64,000 nucleotides of DNA from Nitrosopumilus sp. (GTDB lineage Archaea > Thermoproteota > Nitrososphaeria > Nitrososphaerales > Nitrosopumilaceae), in the NCBI GenBank assembly GCA_965197525.1, contig OZ240211.1:1824001-1888000 (forward strand), written 5' to 3'. The notes below the pieces were generated by a model. That model was not told the origin of the DNA. It was given only the letters and a program-made list of their open reading frames with translations, and ran no database searches. Below, in pieces: positions 19,804 to 30,156 of this stretch. A program made the position numbers and the translations under genes. How positions within the stretch are numbered: the first letter of the stretch is position 1; every line of letters begins with the position of its first letter.

Positions 19804-20381
19804 TTGCCCTCAGATGGGTTGATACCATAACATTACCTGTTCCATCTCTACGATCCTAATGAAAAATAACAATCTATTTTGTGCGCCAAAATTTACACAA
19901 GAGTAATAAAGTACATGATTTTATATACATCCAGTATGAAACCCAGTCCAGAATTTCACTTTAAATTAATAAAACAGTATGAAAAAGTAGTATTTACTTT
20001 AAAATAAACAAACAGACTGAGATGTGGCCGATAATTTTCCTTGGAACAGATCGGTAGATGATGCAGTTGAGTTATCAAGGTTGCTGTAAAAACCGATAAC
20101 TCTGTTCAATCTTAGTCGCTTTTCACACGTCTGTTATTTCGTCTGAATCCGAAACGTAACGGGCTTGGGCGTGTCTTTTGAACCGGAGGTTGACTGTTTT
20201 TATGCTGTTTTATTTTTGTGTTGTTTTTGTTTTTGGCTCAATTCCGTATTTTTTAGACGCGCCGCACACCATCGACTCATCACTCTAACATAACACTTCA
20301 TCCCTCGAATGTACCACTACTTCAAAATCAATGAAATCCCTCGAAGTACCAGAGTGACGAAATGCAAATTATTAAAAGTCC

Positions 20382-22745
20382 GTGAAAATATATCTAGTTA
20401 TGGATCACATTAATGTAGCATTTCCAGAAGAAAAACGTCCCATGATGTATAAGATGATGAAGTGGTGGGGAGGGAAGCCACATAATATTTGGTCAGAGTA
20501 CATAGAACGATATTCAAAGAAAAACGATATTGTTTTGGATCCGTTTTGTGGCCGAGGAGTTGGCGTTATAGAATCTGCAAGACTTGGAAGAAAAGCTATA
20601 GGTGTGGATATGAACCCAATAGCAATTTTTCAAACCAAGATATTATCCTCAAAATTAGATATTGACACCTTCAAATTAGAATGGGACAAGATGAAGCAAA
20701 TATTGGTAGATATTGAAGAGTGTTCTGGATTGTTCCATACAAAATGTATCAAATGTAAACAGAACGCACGACTGGGTACAATGAATCGAGATAATGGAAC
20801 ACCTTATCGAATATTTTACTATTGTAAATGTACTCCAAAGAAAGCATTAAAGAAAGAACCTACATCTGAGGACATTGCGGTGGTTGAAAAATCAGACAAT
20901 ATGGAGATAAAACTTCCATATCCAAAGGACAAATTTCCAAAATCTCAGGCTTTCAAGGTAGCAATAAAGAATTTTGGTGATACGTATGACAAACTTTTCA
21001 CAAGACGCAATTTGTATGCATTGGCAGTAATTTTTGACCAAATTGAAAAAATCAAAGATAAGGACATAAAACAATTCTTTCAGTTCGCATTTATATCCAT
21101 GATTCATCTGGTTACCAAAATTCCAAGTGTACGAGAAAACTCAAACCGTGTAATGTCTGGAAGTTGGGGTCGCCCTGGTTTTCTTAAAATGAAAAAGAAC
21201 ATGGAACTGAACCCATTTATCATATTTGAGAGATCTATAGAGGGTAGGCAGGGTGTGATAAAAGGAAAAATGAACTCAAACAAACGATTGAAAGATGGTA
21301 TAAAATATGCTAAAGAAATGAATGATCTGTCATCCAAAAATAATATATTATTGCTTAATCACAATACCGCAGAGCTAACCAATCTGATTCCTGAAAATAG
21401 CGTTGATTATGTAATTACTGATCCTCCATATGGTGGGTTAATTCCATATTTTGATCTTAGTTCAGTATGGAGTATGTGGTTGAAGTTAACCGACACGTCA
21501 TTTTCAATGCCATTTGATGATGAAATTACAATCGACGATTATAAAGATAAACCGTTTGATGAATATCACAGAATGCTATCATTATGTTTTGGAGAAATCT
21601 ACAAAGTGCTCAAACCTGGAAAATATATGACTGTAACATTTCATAATAAAAAACCGAAAATATTCAACTCAATCTTAAGAGCATGTCAGGATCATGGATT
21701 TGTTCTTGAAAAAATATTATTTCAGATGAATAAAAGAGCTGGAGAGACAGGTGCTTCTAGTCCGTGGGGGACATCAGTCAGTGATTTTTATATTCGATTT
21801 TTCAAACCGAAGGAAAAAGTCCACACATTATCAGAATATCTTCCAACAAAATTTCAAATGATTGTAAAGAATGAAGCAAAAAAAATCATAGCTAATCGTG
21901 GGGAACCAACAGAAATTTCTGCTATGATACCTCACATATACACAGAGATGGGAAAATCAGGAATGCGAATAGATTTTACTGGAGATAAACAAATATCCAC
22001 AATTTTACACGGTGATAGTGACTTTGTAGAAATGCCAAATAAACAATGGTGGTTGTCTACAGATGCGTTACAAAAACACAGGCTTCAAACTCCGTTGTCC
22101 GAACGGGTTGAAATAGCAGTGTTGTCAATTTTGCAGAAAAAATACAAGGTGTCTTTTGACGAAGCCCTGCAATCTATATTTGAACAATTTCCAAACTCAA
22201 TGACGCCAAATACGGAAAGTGTAAACAATTATCTAAAACAATATGCGAAAAAAACATCTGACGGAAAATGGAAGTTGAACCCTGGTTTTGACGAGAATAC
22301 GTTATCTCGAGAACACACTAGAATGGAAGCCATTTTATGTAAACTTGGAAAGCGTTTTGGATACAAGGTGTGGTGTCCAGACCGTAACAAAGACAAAGAA
22401 ATGAATGAGATATGCGAAGAGTTTGATTTAGAAATGATTCATGCGGATAGGATTAAACAAATTGATGTATTGTGGATAAGAGATAATGAAGTAAAGTATG
22501 CATTTGAGGTAGAAAATTCAACAAGCATAACATCAGCTCTTGAAAGATGCTCACATATCACAAATATGGGTGTGAATAAAATTATAGTGATTCCAAAGGA
22601 AAGAGAAACTTTTCTTGCACGAAAGAAGAAAGAACCGATGTTTTTAGATTATTTCCAAAAAGATAACTGGAAAGTGTTATTGTATGATGATCTTGAAAAC
22701 CATGATCGTGGAACTGAACAAGCATTATTACAGCTGGCACAATAA
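20382..22745 (+). CDS. N6A/N4C DNA methyltransferase fused to a C-terminal PD-(D/E)xK-like nuclease
   Basis: VLDPFCGRG (motif I), Zn ribbon (CIKC..CKC), ITDPPY (motif IV); C-terminal IDVLW..FEVENST. Confidence 0.85.
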   Translation: MKIYLVMDHINVAFPEEKRPMMYKMMKWWGGKPHNIWSEYIERYSKKNDIVLDPFCGRGVGVIESARLGRKAIGVDMNPIAIFQTKILSSKLDIDTFKLEWDKMKQILVDIEECSGLFHTKCIKCKQNARLGTMNRDNGTPYRIFYYCKCTPKKALKKEPTSEDIAVVEKSDNMEIKLPYPKDKFPKSQAFKVAIKNFGDTYDKLFTRRNLYALAVIFDQIEKIKDKDIKQFFQFAFISMIHLVTKIPSVRENSNRVMSGSWGRPGFLKMKKNMELNPFIIFERSIEGRQGVIKGKMNSNKRLKDGIKYAKEMNDLSSKNNILLLNHNTAELTNLIPENSVDYVITDPPYGGLIPYFDLSSVWSMWLKLTDTSFSMPFDDEITIDDYKDKPFDEYHRMLSLCFGEIYKVLKPGKYMTVTFHNKKPKIFNSILRACQDHGFVLEKILFQMNKRAGETGASSPWGTSVSDFYIRFFKPKEKVHTLSEYLPTKFQMIVKNEAKKIIANRGEPTEISAMIPHIYTEMGKSGMRIDFTGDKQISTILHGDSDFVEMPNKQWWLSTDALQKHRLQTPLSERVEIAVLSILQKKYKVSFDEALQSIFEQFPNSMTPNTESVNNYLKQYAKKTSDGKWKLNPGFDENTLSREHTRMEAILCKLGKRFGYKVWCPDRNKDKEMNEICEEFDLEMIHADRIKQIDVLWIRDNEVKYAFEVENSTSITSALERCSHITNMGVNKIIVIPKERETFLARKKKEPMFLDYFQKDNWKVLLYDDLENHDRGTEQALLQLAQ

Positions 22746-23582
22746 TCAGATTTTTCTAAAATTTAAAAGATATTGGTGTACATGATTTATTTTGAAAGCA
22801 TATGGGTATCCAAAAGGGTACAAAGGTTTGCTGTCCTGAATAAGTACAATATTGCCAACAAACTCAAAGCCTATGTCCTGCATGAGTTGTATCATATCTC
22901 CATGTGCGTTGATCTCTTTCTTGTTTACTGTGAAATCGCTGATTACTATGGTACAATATTTTTTCTGCTTGAGTTTCTTATACAATTGAATCATTATTTT
23001 TTTGACTGATGTAAGATACGAGTTGTATGTTTTCTTATTTCCTACATCATTGGCGTCATCAGAATAATATTCAACTCCTTGTCTCGTCTGGCTACCGTCA
23101 TGTCTTATTCCTAATCCCTTGTTTTTCAATATGTTGTGATATGGAGGGGATGTAACGCAATAATCAATCATATCTAATTTTTTAATAACTTGTAAAGAAT
23201 CATCATTGATTATGGTGTAATCTTTTTTCATTATTTTGGCCTTGCGAAGTCTCTTTCTTGCAAGTTTACAATAATCCTTATTCAATTCAATACCTATACC
23301 AAAACGATTAGTCATACCAGCCGATAATATTGTAGTTCCACTCCCCATAAACATGTCTAGAACACGATCATTTTCCTTTGTAAATAGCTGAATTAGTCGT
23401 TTAATATCCTCCGTTAAAAATGGGGCTGGATGTTCAAAGGCATCTTTATCTAGAACGTTTTTTTTACTCGTCCAGACACTTTTTGATAACCGTAACCATT
23501 CCTTCCCTGTAAGATTATTGACTTTGTTTCTCTTATCATAGATCCCTCGCTCTCCTTTGTCTATCTTTGATATTATGGACAT
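22746..23582 (-). CDS. DNA methyltransferase (N4C/N6A type)
   Basis: HPAPF, VLDMFMGSGTT, then TSPPY (SAM-binding motif precedes the catalytic motif). Confidence 0.9.
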   Translation of the reverse strand: MSIISKIDKGERGIYDKRNKVNNLTGKEWLRLSKSVWTSKKNVLDKDAFEHPAPFLTEDIKRLIQLFTKENDRVLDMFMGSGTTILSAGMTNRFGIGIELNKDYCKLARKRLRKAKIMKKDYTIINDDSLQVIKKLDMIDYCVTSPPYHNILKNKGLGIRHDGSQTRQGVEYYSDDANDVGNKKTYNSYLTSVKKIMIQLYKKLKQKKYCTIVISDFTVNKKEINAHGDMIQLMQDIGFEFVGNIVLIQDSKPLYPFGYPYAFKINHVHQYLLNFRKI

Positions 23583-23765
23583 CTACTCTACACTACCTTT
23601 TCTTTTTACTTTATCTAAAAACATATTATTGTTTTCAAGCCAGTATATGACTCTTGTAATATTTGTGGGATTTGTTACATATTTTCCGATCAAACCATCT
23701 ATGATTTTTATATGGGTTTTAGTAAAAGATGAATAAATTTTCTCATTATATTGTGTTGTTTTCAT
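23583..23765 (-). CDS. Small CopG/RHH-like regulator
   Basis: KIYSSFTKTHIKIIDGLIGKY..NITRVI pattern; abuts the MTase start. Confidence 0.5.
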   Translation of the reverse strand: MKTTQYNEKIYSSFTKTHIKIIDGLIGKYVTNPTNITRVIYWLENNNMFLDKVKRKGSVE

Positions 23766-23769
23766 ATTT

Positions 23770-24360
23770 ACTCATAAGTAGATCTATTATTAAAAGACTG
23801 ATTAACAACGATTCGTAAGGATTTAAGACCGTACCTGAATGTTTACCTTTGGTCATACTTAATTCCACAATCTACGTACATGGATCACGGATTCAACACA
23901 AACAATATGGGTACGTCTGGTACAATCCTTCCATACAATGAGTTGCAAACATGGTAGATCAATTTAAAATTTATCAGACAAAACAGTGAACGAATACACA
24001 AATAAATTGAAACAATCCGATTCTGAAATTGATCTATTAAGCATAAACACTTGATATAGGTATTTTTCCCATTACTGTGTTTGAGGTAAAATTTGGCATC
24101 CAATATTCTTCAAAACAAGGATTATTTTTCCAATAACGCTTTTTTGTTTTTTATCATCAAAAGGAATTGTTATATTGAAGATGTTGGGTTTTACTTGTGA
24201 ATAATATTTTGTACACAGTAGCTGGCCTTTGTCTCTACCTTAATCATGATTCTAAATCTGGTTTTTACATCAGTTTGTCTATTCTTCTTTACTGAATATC
24301 TTTTGCTAGATGAATAATTTGAATAATTCCTTTAATCCATCTAGTATCAGAGCCAGTATT
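23770..24360 (-). pseudogene. Decayed unidentified ORF upstream of the RM genes
   Basis: Several protein-like open stretches separated by stops; no family recognised. Confidence 0.3.
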
Positions 24361-24588
24361 AATTATTATTTTTAACTATTATTTAATTTAATTTTTAATT
24401 AATCTTTGATTGTCATAATCACACATTACAGATCTTTAAATAAACATCTTGCTGAAAACTAAGAAAACATTCTAAGGTTGAGCAAAGCAAAATAATAAAC
24501 TATGTTGCATTTGGACTGAATAAATAATATAATCGTGTTTCTGATATCAAAAAATTCTATAATTTTTTATTTAAATACATGATATATT

Positions 24589-25542
24589 TTATTTAGAATT
24601 ATTTATCAGCAGATCAGGCTCAAATTTGATATAGTGTTCCAATCTTTCACTCACTGTCAATCTGTCATACATAAGCAAATCTCTTGACTGTTCCTGTCCT
24701 GCAAAATATTTTGCAAGATTTGGATCGTGGCGTGAGATCTTGGTAATAAAAAATGCCCTAAAACTATGTGTTGTTATCTTGTGATGTCCTGATTCATATT
24801 TCTGATCAAGTCCTGCTCTCTCTAGATACTTTGTTAGCATCAATTCGTAATGATTACATATGTTTACAGGATTTGCACCTCCTCGGAAAAAGACTCTATC
24901 ACTATCATCTATTCTTCTCAGAATAGGTATCAGCAATGGTCTCACCTCTTTGCTAAAAAAAGTCACCCTTGACTTCTTTGTTTTTGTAATGCTGGCAGGA
25001 ACATTTACCATAATTCTCTCCTGAGTGGTATCTAGGTCTTTTTTGCGCAATTGTAGTAATTCTCCTCTTCTTAGTCCACTTGATGACTGTGCCAATATCT
25101 TGATTGCATTGTTCTTGTTACTTACTGCCAATATTCTCGTCATCTCTTCTCTTGAAAGTGGGTGTCTCTCTTCCTTAATCCTGTGAGGAAAATTCAACTG
25201 CTCTACCACATCCTCTTTTGCGATCTTTATTCCATGATATCTGAGATATGCTTTAAGATGTGAAAACAGTGTAGGGATGCTATTTGCATATATTCTATTA
25301 CTATTCCAATTTATCCAGTCTTGTAGAGAATCATAGACCAGTTCCATCTCGACTTTACGATATTCTTTTATTGTATCATCTACCGTCCTGTTATACCTCT
25401 TACTGCAGAATAACTCAAAATTCCTTATAGATGACTGGGATGCCTTTTGTGTATTGATCGCTTTTGTGCGTATTTTTTCCTCAAAACTCACTCGATCTCT
25501 GGTTTTCTGTAAAAAGGTAGACATATATCTAATATCTACCAT
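24589..25542 (-). CDS. Tyrosine recombinase/integrase
   Basis: SSGLRRGEL (R), TKTKK (K), HSFR (HxxR), C-terminal YDR (Y); starts 18 bp from the right repeat. Confidence 0.92.
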   Translation of the reverse strand: MVDIRYMSTFLQKTRDRVSFEEKIRTKAINTQKASQSSIRNFELFCSKRYNRTVDDTIKEYRKVEMELVYDSLQDWINWNSNRIYANSIPTLFSHLKAYLRYHGIKIAKEDVVEQLNFPHRIKEERHPLSREEMTRILAVSNKNNAIKILAQSSSGLRRGELLQLRKKDLDTTQERIMVNVPASITKTKKSRVTFFSKEVRPLLIPILRRIDDSDRVFFRGGANPVNICNHYELMLTKYLERAGLDQKYESGHHKITTHSFRAFFITKISRHDPNLAKYFAGQEQSRDLLMYDRLTVSERLEHYIKFEPDLLINNSK

Positions 25543-25560
25543 TCTCTCTTAAAAGTGTGC

Positions 25561-25583
25561 CTAAAACGATTGAATTATATACA
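25561..25583 (+). repeat. attR-like direct repeat overlapping the nuoA TATA box
   Basis: Identical to 255-277; TTATATA lies ~25 nt upstream of the TTG at 25606. Confidence 0.85.
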
Positions 25584-25605
25584 AAAATCAGGGTCAAAAG
25601 CTAAA

Positions 25606-25980
25606 TTGGTCGGAGAATTAGCGGGCAATTATAGTACCGTGGTCTTGATGTTTGGATTTGCAATGGCAGCTATGGCTCCAGCGTTACTTATTTCAAGAAT
25701 GATCTCTCCGCGTAAAAGAAGTAATCCTGTCAAATTTTTACCGATGGAATGCGGTCAAGTTCCGACAGGAGAAGGTAGGACTCATTTTATGATGCAGTAC
25801 TATCCGTACATCTTGATGTTTGTTGTATTTGACGTTATGGCAATATTTTTGTATGCATGGGGAAGTGCACTTTTAGAAATTCCTAAATCTGCAACACTTC
25901 CAATGATCGGATTTTTAGGAATTACGTTTGGGGCAATGGCCTTTGCACTATATCAATCAGGGAGAAGAAGAATATGGTAG
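25606..25980 (+). CDS. nuoA: NADH-quinone oxidoreductase subunit A (start TTG 25606 or ATG 25648)
   Basis: MECG and MFVVFDV motifs; first gene of the operon. Confidence 0.95.
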   Translation: MVGELAGNYSTVVLMFGFAMAAMAPALLISRMISPRKRSNPVKFLPMECGQVPTGEGRTHFMMQYYPYILMFVVFDVMAIFLYAWGSALLEIPKSATLPMIGFLGITFGAMAFALYQSGRRRIW

Positions 25981-26008
25981 TTTTTTATAGATATAACATC
26001 TATGAGGA

Positions 26009-26545
26009 ATGGGGATAAAATTGCTAAAAGACTTGGTAACACCAGAGAACGCGAATGTTTTTGTAGGCAAGTTAGGTGATATTTTAGAAAAAGCAATTGA
26101 TAAACCATTGGGCTATGCCATTAATTGGGGTAGAATTTGGTCGCTCTGGCCTGTACACATTGAAACAGCTTGTTGTAGTGTTGAATTTGGTGCAGCATCT
26201 AGTCCTAGATACGATGTTGAAAGATTTGGTATCATTGAAGCGTTTGGTTCGTTAAGACAATGCGATTTAGTAGTTGTTCAAGGAACCATTACAAGAAAGA
26301 TGGCACCACGTCTAAGGTTAGTTTATGATCAGATGCCAGAACCCAAATACGTCATTGCTATGGGTGCCTGTGCAATTACTGGGGGGCTGTATTTTGATTC
26401 ATATAATGTACTTCCAGGAATTGACGGAGTTATTCCAGTTGATGTGTATGTTCCAGGTTGTCCACCTAGACCTGAAACTCTTATCCAAGGATGTATGCTA
26501 CTGCAGGAAAAAATTAAGAGAATGAAGGCTAGGAAGTTTGTATAA
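26009..26545 (+). CDS. nuoB: Complex I subunit B
   Basis: TACCSVE, GACA and PGCPPRP. Confidence 0.97.
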   Translation: MGIKLLKDLVTPENANVFVGKLGDILEKAIDKPLGYAINWGRIWSLWPVHIETACCSVEFGAASSPRYDVERFGIIEAFGSLRQCDLVVVQGTITRKMAPRLRLVYDQMPEPKYVIAMGACAITGGLYFDSYNVLPGIDGVIPVDVYVPGCPPRPETLIQGCMLLQEKIKRMKARKFV

Positions 26546-27219
26546 TGAGTTCTGATTCTAAACCTGTTTCGCCTGATGAAAAACCTGCAGCTAAACCCGC
26601 AGCCAAACCAGAACCAAAACCTGCAGCTAAACCCGCAGCCAAACCAGAACCAAAACCTGCAGCTAAACCCGCACCAAAGCCTGTAGCTAAACCCGCAACC
26701 AAACTAGAACCAAAACCTGCAGACGTCCCTGCGTTTGAAAAGAGCATTTCTGATAAAATTGTTGAAAAATTTGGTGAAAAAACCAAAGTCGCATTTGTAA
26801 AACCAGATAGGGTTAGAATAGATGTTAACAGAGACGATATTCATGATGTAGCTGAGTTTATCCGTGACGGTCTAAACTACGATCACGTCGAATCAGTATC
26901 AGGCGTTGATTACCCTCAAGATAACGAGATCGAGGTAGTTTATCATATAGGGTCTTATTCTGATGATTCATTGGCAAGGCAGATTCTGGTATTAGCTACC
27001 AGGGCACAACGAGAGACAAATCCAATTCCTGGAAACGATGCTACAGTACTACCAACTCTAAGAGATATATTTTACAGTGTAGAATTTCATGAAAGGGAAG
27101 TCTTTGAGATGTTTGGTGTCTACTTTAGTGATCATCCGGATAATAGGCGACTACTATTACCTGAGGACTGGGCAGACCTGCCTCCACTTCGAAAGGACTT
27201 TGCAATAAAAGGAAGATAA
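26545..27219 (+). CDS. nuoC: Complex I subunit C with N-terminal KPAA repeats
   Basis: EREVFEMFG and PPLRKDF. Confidence 0.95.
   Translation: MSSDSKPVSPDEKPAAKPAAKPEPKPAAKPAAKPEPKPAAKPAPKPVAKPATKLEPKPADVPAFEKSISDKIVEKFGEKTKVAFVKPDRVRIDVNRDDIHDVAEFIRDGLNYDHVESVSGVDYPQDNEIEVVYHIGSYSDDSLARQILVLATRAQRETNPIPGNDATVLPTLRDIFYSVEFHEREVFEMFGVYFSDHPDNRRLLLPEDWADLPPLRKDFAIKGR
26581..26720 (+). repeat. Coding tandem repeat, 12-bp units (KPAA/KPEP), with a 36-bp higher-order unit
   Basis: aaacctgcagctaaacccgcagccaaaccagaacca occurs twice, followed by degenerate copies. Confidence 0.85.
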
Positions 27220-27224
27220 TACCG

Positions 27225-28361
27225 ATGACTGTAGAATTACCACCAGGACTAGCACTCCAAAAAGTTGACGAGAGAATAATGACTCTCAATGTTGGGCCTC
27301 AACATCCTGGCTCAGGACATATGCGAATTATCGTACAAATTGACGGTGATTACATTGTTGCATGCGATCCTGATCCGGGATACGTTCATCGTGGCGAAGA
27401 AAAGATGGCAGAGTATAGAAACTATATCACCAACATTCCTCATTTGGAGAGACCTGTAATTCATGACTCGTGTAATATATTGTATCCTTATGTATTGGGA
27501 GTTGAGGAATTGCTTGGGATTGAAGTTCCTGAACGCGCAAAGTATGTACGCGTAATTTCATCTGAACTAAACAGATGTATTTACACCATGTACTGGCTTG
27601 CAATTTACGGAATCTTTTTGGGCCATTCTACAATGTTTATGTGGCCTGCAGGTGACCGTGAACTACTCATCGATTTGATGGAAAAGATGACAGGCGCACG
27701 AGTTACACACGCACATTTCGTTCCAGGTGGCGTTAGAAACGATCTTCCTCCAAACTTTGAAGAAGTGTGTCTGCGACAAGTTAACTATTTTGAGAAGCGT
27801 ATTAAAGAATACGCTGCAATATTTTATGATAATCCAATTCTAATCTCTAGAACTCGAGATACTGGAGTCCTGTCGCGTCATGATGCAATCCGACTTGGAA
27901 CAACCGGTTCGGTATTACGCGCTAGTGGCGTTGATTATGATCTTCGATTGAAGGAACCATATGACGTCTACGAAGAATTAGATGTACACACTAATGTTAT
28001 GAAAGAAGGTGACTCTTATGCGAGATCTAGGGTACCATGGCTTGACATGTTGGACAGTTGTAAAATAATTCGTCAAGCCTTACAAAAAATGCCAAAATCA
28101 GGATCCGTTAGGGTAAAGTTAAAGCCAAATCCAAAAGGGAAGGGACTTGACTCTGTTTACAAACGTGTAGAATCCGGACGCGGTTCTTTAGGTTGCTATA
28201 TTGTATCTGATGGAAAACCTGAACCATATAGGGTAAAACTAAGTGTTGGTTCTTTTAGAAATCTGATTGCGTTACCATATCTTCTCAAAGGTGAAAAACT
28301 TGGGAATATGCCGTCAGTTTACTGGAGTCTAAATTATTGGCCTGTGGAGGCGGATAGATAA
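27225..28361 (+). CDS. nuoD: Complex I subunit D
   Basis: GPQHPG, GYVHRG and ESGRG. Confidence 0.97.
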   Translation: MTVELPPGLALQKVDERIMTLNVGPQHPGSGHMRIIVQIDGDYIVACDPDPGYVHRGEEKMAEYRNYITNIPHLERPVIHDSCNILYPYVLGVEELLGIEVPERAKYVRVISSELNRCIYTMYWLAIYGIFLGHSTMFMWPAGDRELLIDLMEKMTGARVTHAHFVPGGVRNDLPPNFEEVCLRQVNYFEKRIKEYAAIFYDNPILISRTRDTGVLSRHDAIRLGTTGSVLRASGVDYDLRLKEPYDVYEELDVHTNVMKEGDSYARSRVPWLDMLDSCKIIRQALQKMPKSGSVRVKLKPNPKGKGLDSVYKRVESGRGSLGCYIVSDGKPEPYRVKLSVGSFRNLIALPYLLKGEKLGNMPSVYWSLNYWPVEADR

Positions 28362-29659
28362 TGTCTGTCATCGCACCAAATTTCAAATTAAGTGAATTCA
28401 TTAAATCGTTAATTGATAACCTATTTTGGATTTTATTGCTGATGGTTATCATCGGTCTTCCAGCTGTCTTTATGGTTCTGTTTGTTATAGAGATGCCTGT
28501 AATTGATGGTGAATTACTGACTCCTTTTCTTGCATTGACATGGCTTGCTGACCCGTCGCGTCTCTTGCCTATCGTGCATGCATTTATGGCAACTGATATA
28601 TTTCGAGTTGTGGTATTCCCAGGATTTGGATTTGCCGCATTGCTTGCAGCAGGTACCATATTTGTAGAGCGAAAGATGCTTGCAAAATTACAGTTACGAG
28701 TTGGTCCATTTTATTGTGGCAAGGTAGAGGGCATACTGCAACTCATGGGCGATGGACTCAAGCTCATATCAAAAGAGATTATTATTCCTGCAAAAGCTGA
28801 CAAACCGATATTCTGGGCAGCACCAGTGCTGTTTGTGGCAACAGCTGCTGCATTTGTTGCATTCATTCCAGTTGCCCCGGGATGGGTCGTTGCAGATGTT
28901 GATATGGGACTGTTAGGCGTATTTGCAGTTATCGGATTCTTCCCAATCATTACCATTTTATCTGCATGGTCTGCTAATAGCAAGTTCCCATTCATTGGTG
29001 GAATCAGGGCACTATTCCAAATGGTCTCATTTGAGATTCCGTTGATTTTATCTTTGTTGGGCGTAGTTATGTTGACTGGCACCCTGAATCTATCTGAGAT
29101 TGCAGCCAGTCAGTCAAGCTTTCCATGGATAGTATTCCTTCCTGTTGGGGCTATCGTATTCTTTATTACCATGCTTGCAGAGCTTGAGAGAATTCCATTT
29201 GATCTGCCAGAGGCAGAAAGTGAGATTGTAGCCGGATGGTTAACTGAGCTATCTGGTATGATGTATGGCCTTGTTCAGTTGGGTACCTATCTGAAACTTT
29301 ATGCATTTGCAGCATTGTTTGTTGTGTTGTTCCTTGGGGGCTGGCATGGTCCTATGGTGGTACCTCCATTCCCTGCAGAGCTAATCACAGAAGGTATCGA
29401 GTTGGGTCCTGTTACTGCAAATATTCCTGGGCTTCCACTGTTCACTCAAGAGATGCTTAACGGCGCACTTTGGTTTGTCCTAAAGACGGTAGCTGTTATA
29501 TTCTTTATATTACTCCCAAGAGGCGTATTTCCAAGAATTCGAGTTGATATGCTATTGAGTCTTGGATGGAGCAAACTAATTGGGCTGGCCTTTGTTAACA
29601 TCTTTATTGCACTAGGATTGCTTTATGCTGGAGTGCTCGGATCGGGAGGATTACAATAA
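28361..29659 (+). CDS. nuoH: Complex I subunit H
   Basis: ERKMLAKLQLRVGP and PFDLPEAESE. Confidence 0.97.
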   Translation: MSVIAPNFKLSEFIKSLIDNLFWILLLMVIIGLPAVFMVLFVIEMPVIDGELLTPFLALTWLADPSRLLPIVHAFMATDIFRVVVFPGFGFAALLAAGTIFVERKMLAKLQLRVGPFYCGKVEGILQLMGDGLKLISKEIIIPAKADKPIFWAAPVLFVATAAAFVAFIPVAPGWVVADVDMGLLGVFAVIGFFPIITILSAWSANSKFPFIGGIRALFQMVSFEIPLILSLLGVVMLTGTLNLSEIAASQSSFPWIVFLPVGAIVFFITMLAELERIPFDLPEAESEIVAGWLTELSGMMYGLVQLGTYLKLYAFAALFVVLFLGGWHGPMVVPPFPAELITEGIELGPVTANIPGLPLFTQEMLNGALWFVLKTVAVIFFILLPRGVFPRIRVDMLLSLGWSKLIGLAFVNIFIALGLLYAGVLGSGGLQ

Positions 29660-30156
29660 TGGGAACTGCTACTGGTATTATCCGTGCCCTAAATTCTGGA
29701 ATTAAACATATTGCCACTAAGCGATTTACGCTTCGTTATCCTGAGGAGAAACTAAAGTTTGTCGGTGACGGATACCAGTTTGATCCCTCTACTGGTGTTG
29801 GAATTGCAGGTCTCAAGGGCCGTCACATGTTGTTTCATGATCATTGTACCGGCTGTCAGCTGTGCTCCATTGCATGTGAGGGCGTGGCAGAAGCCATTGG
29901 AATGGTAAAAGTTCCAGAAGAACACAAGCAGAACAAAAAGGCCATTATGCCTCAGATTGACTATGGAAAATGCGTGTTTTGCGGTCTCTGCGTTGATGCA
30001 TGTCCTTTTTACGCACTTTACATGACTAATGATTACGAACTATCTTCCTTTTCAAAAGAGGGTTTGATTTACACTCCTGCTCAACTGGCTGTAAAACCAT
30101 ATGTTGCACAAGACAGTGAGATTCAGATATCTGATAGAGGTGCAACGCATGGCTGA
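29659..30156 (+). CDS. nuoI: Complex I subunit I
   Basis: Two CxxCxxCxxxC 4Fe-4S motifs. Confidence 0.96.
   Translation: MGTATGIIRALNSGIKHIATKRFTLRYPEEKLKFVGDGYQFDPSTGVGIAGLKGRHMLFHDHCTGCQLCSIACEGVAEAIGMVKVPEEHKQNKKAIMPQIDYGKCVFCGLCVDACPFYALYMTNDYELSSFSKEGLIYTPAQLAVKPYVAQDSEIQISDRGATHG

Larger units (their letters stand above)
255..25583. mobile_element. Integrative genomic/defence island (~25.3 kb) inserted in the peroxiredoxin-nuoA intergenic region
   Basis: Flanking 23-bp direct repeats, terminal tyrosine recombinase, low GC by eye, accessory/defence cargo, core genes on both sides. Confidence 0.85.

Noticed and set aside
10500-20380. Integron-like cassette array
   Set aside because: No shared attC-like motif visible between genes, and orientations are mixed.
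25555-25605. GTG-start extension of nuoA
   Set aside because: Covers the promoter and att site; not NuoA-like.
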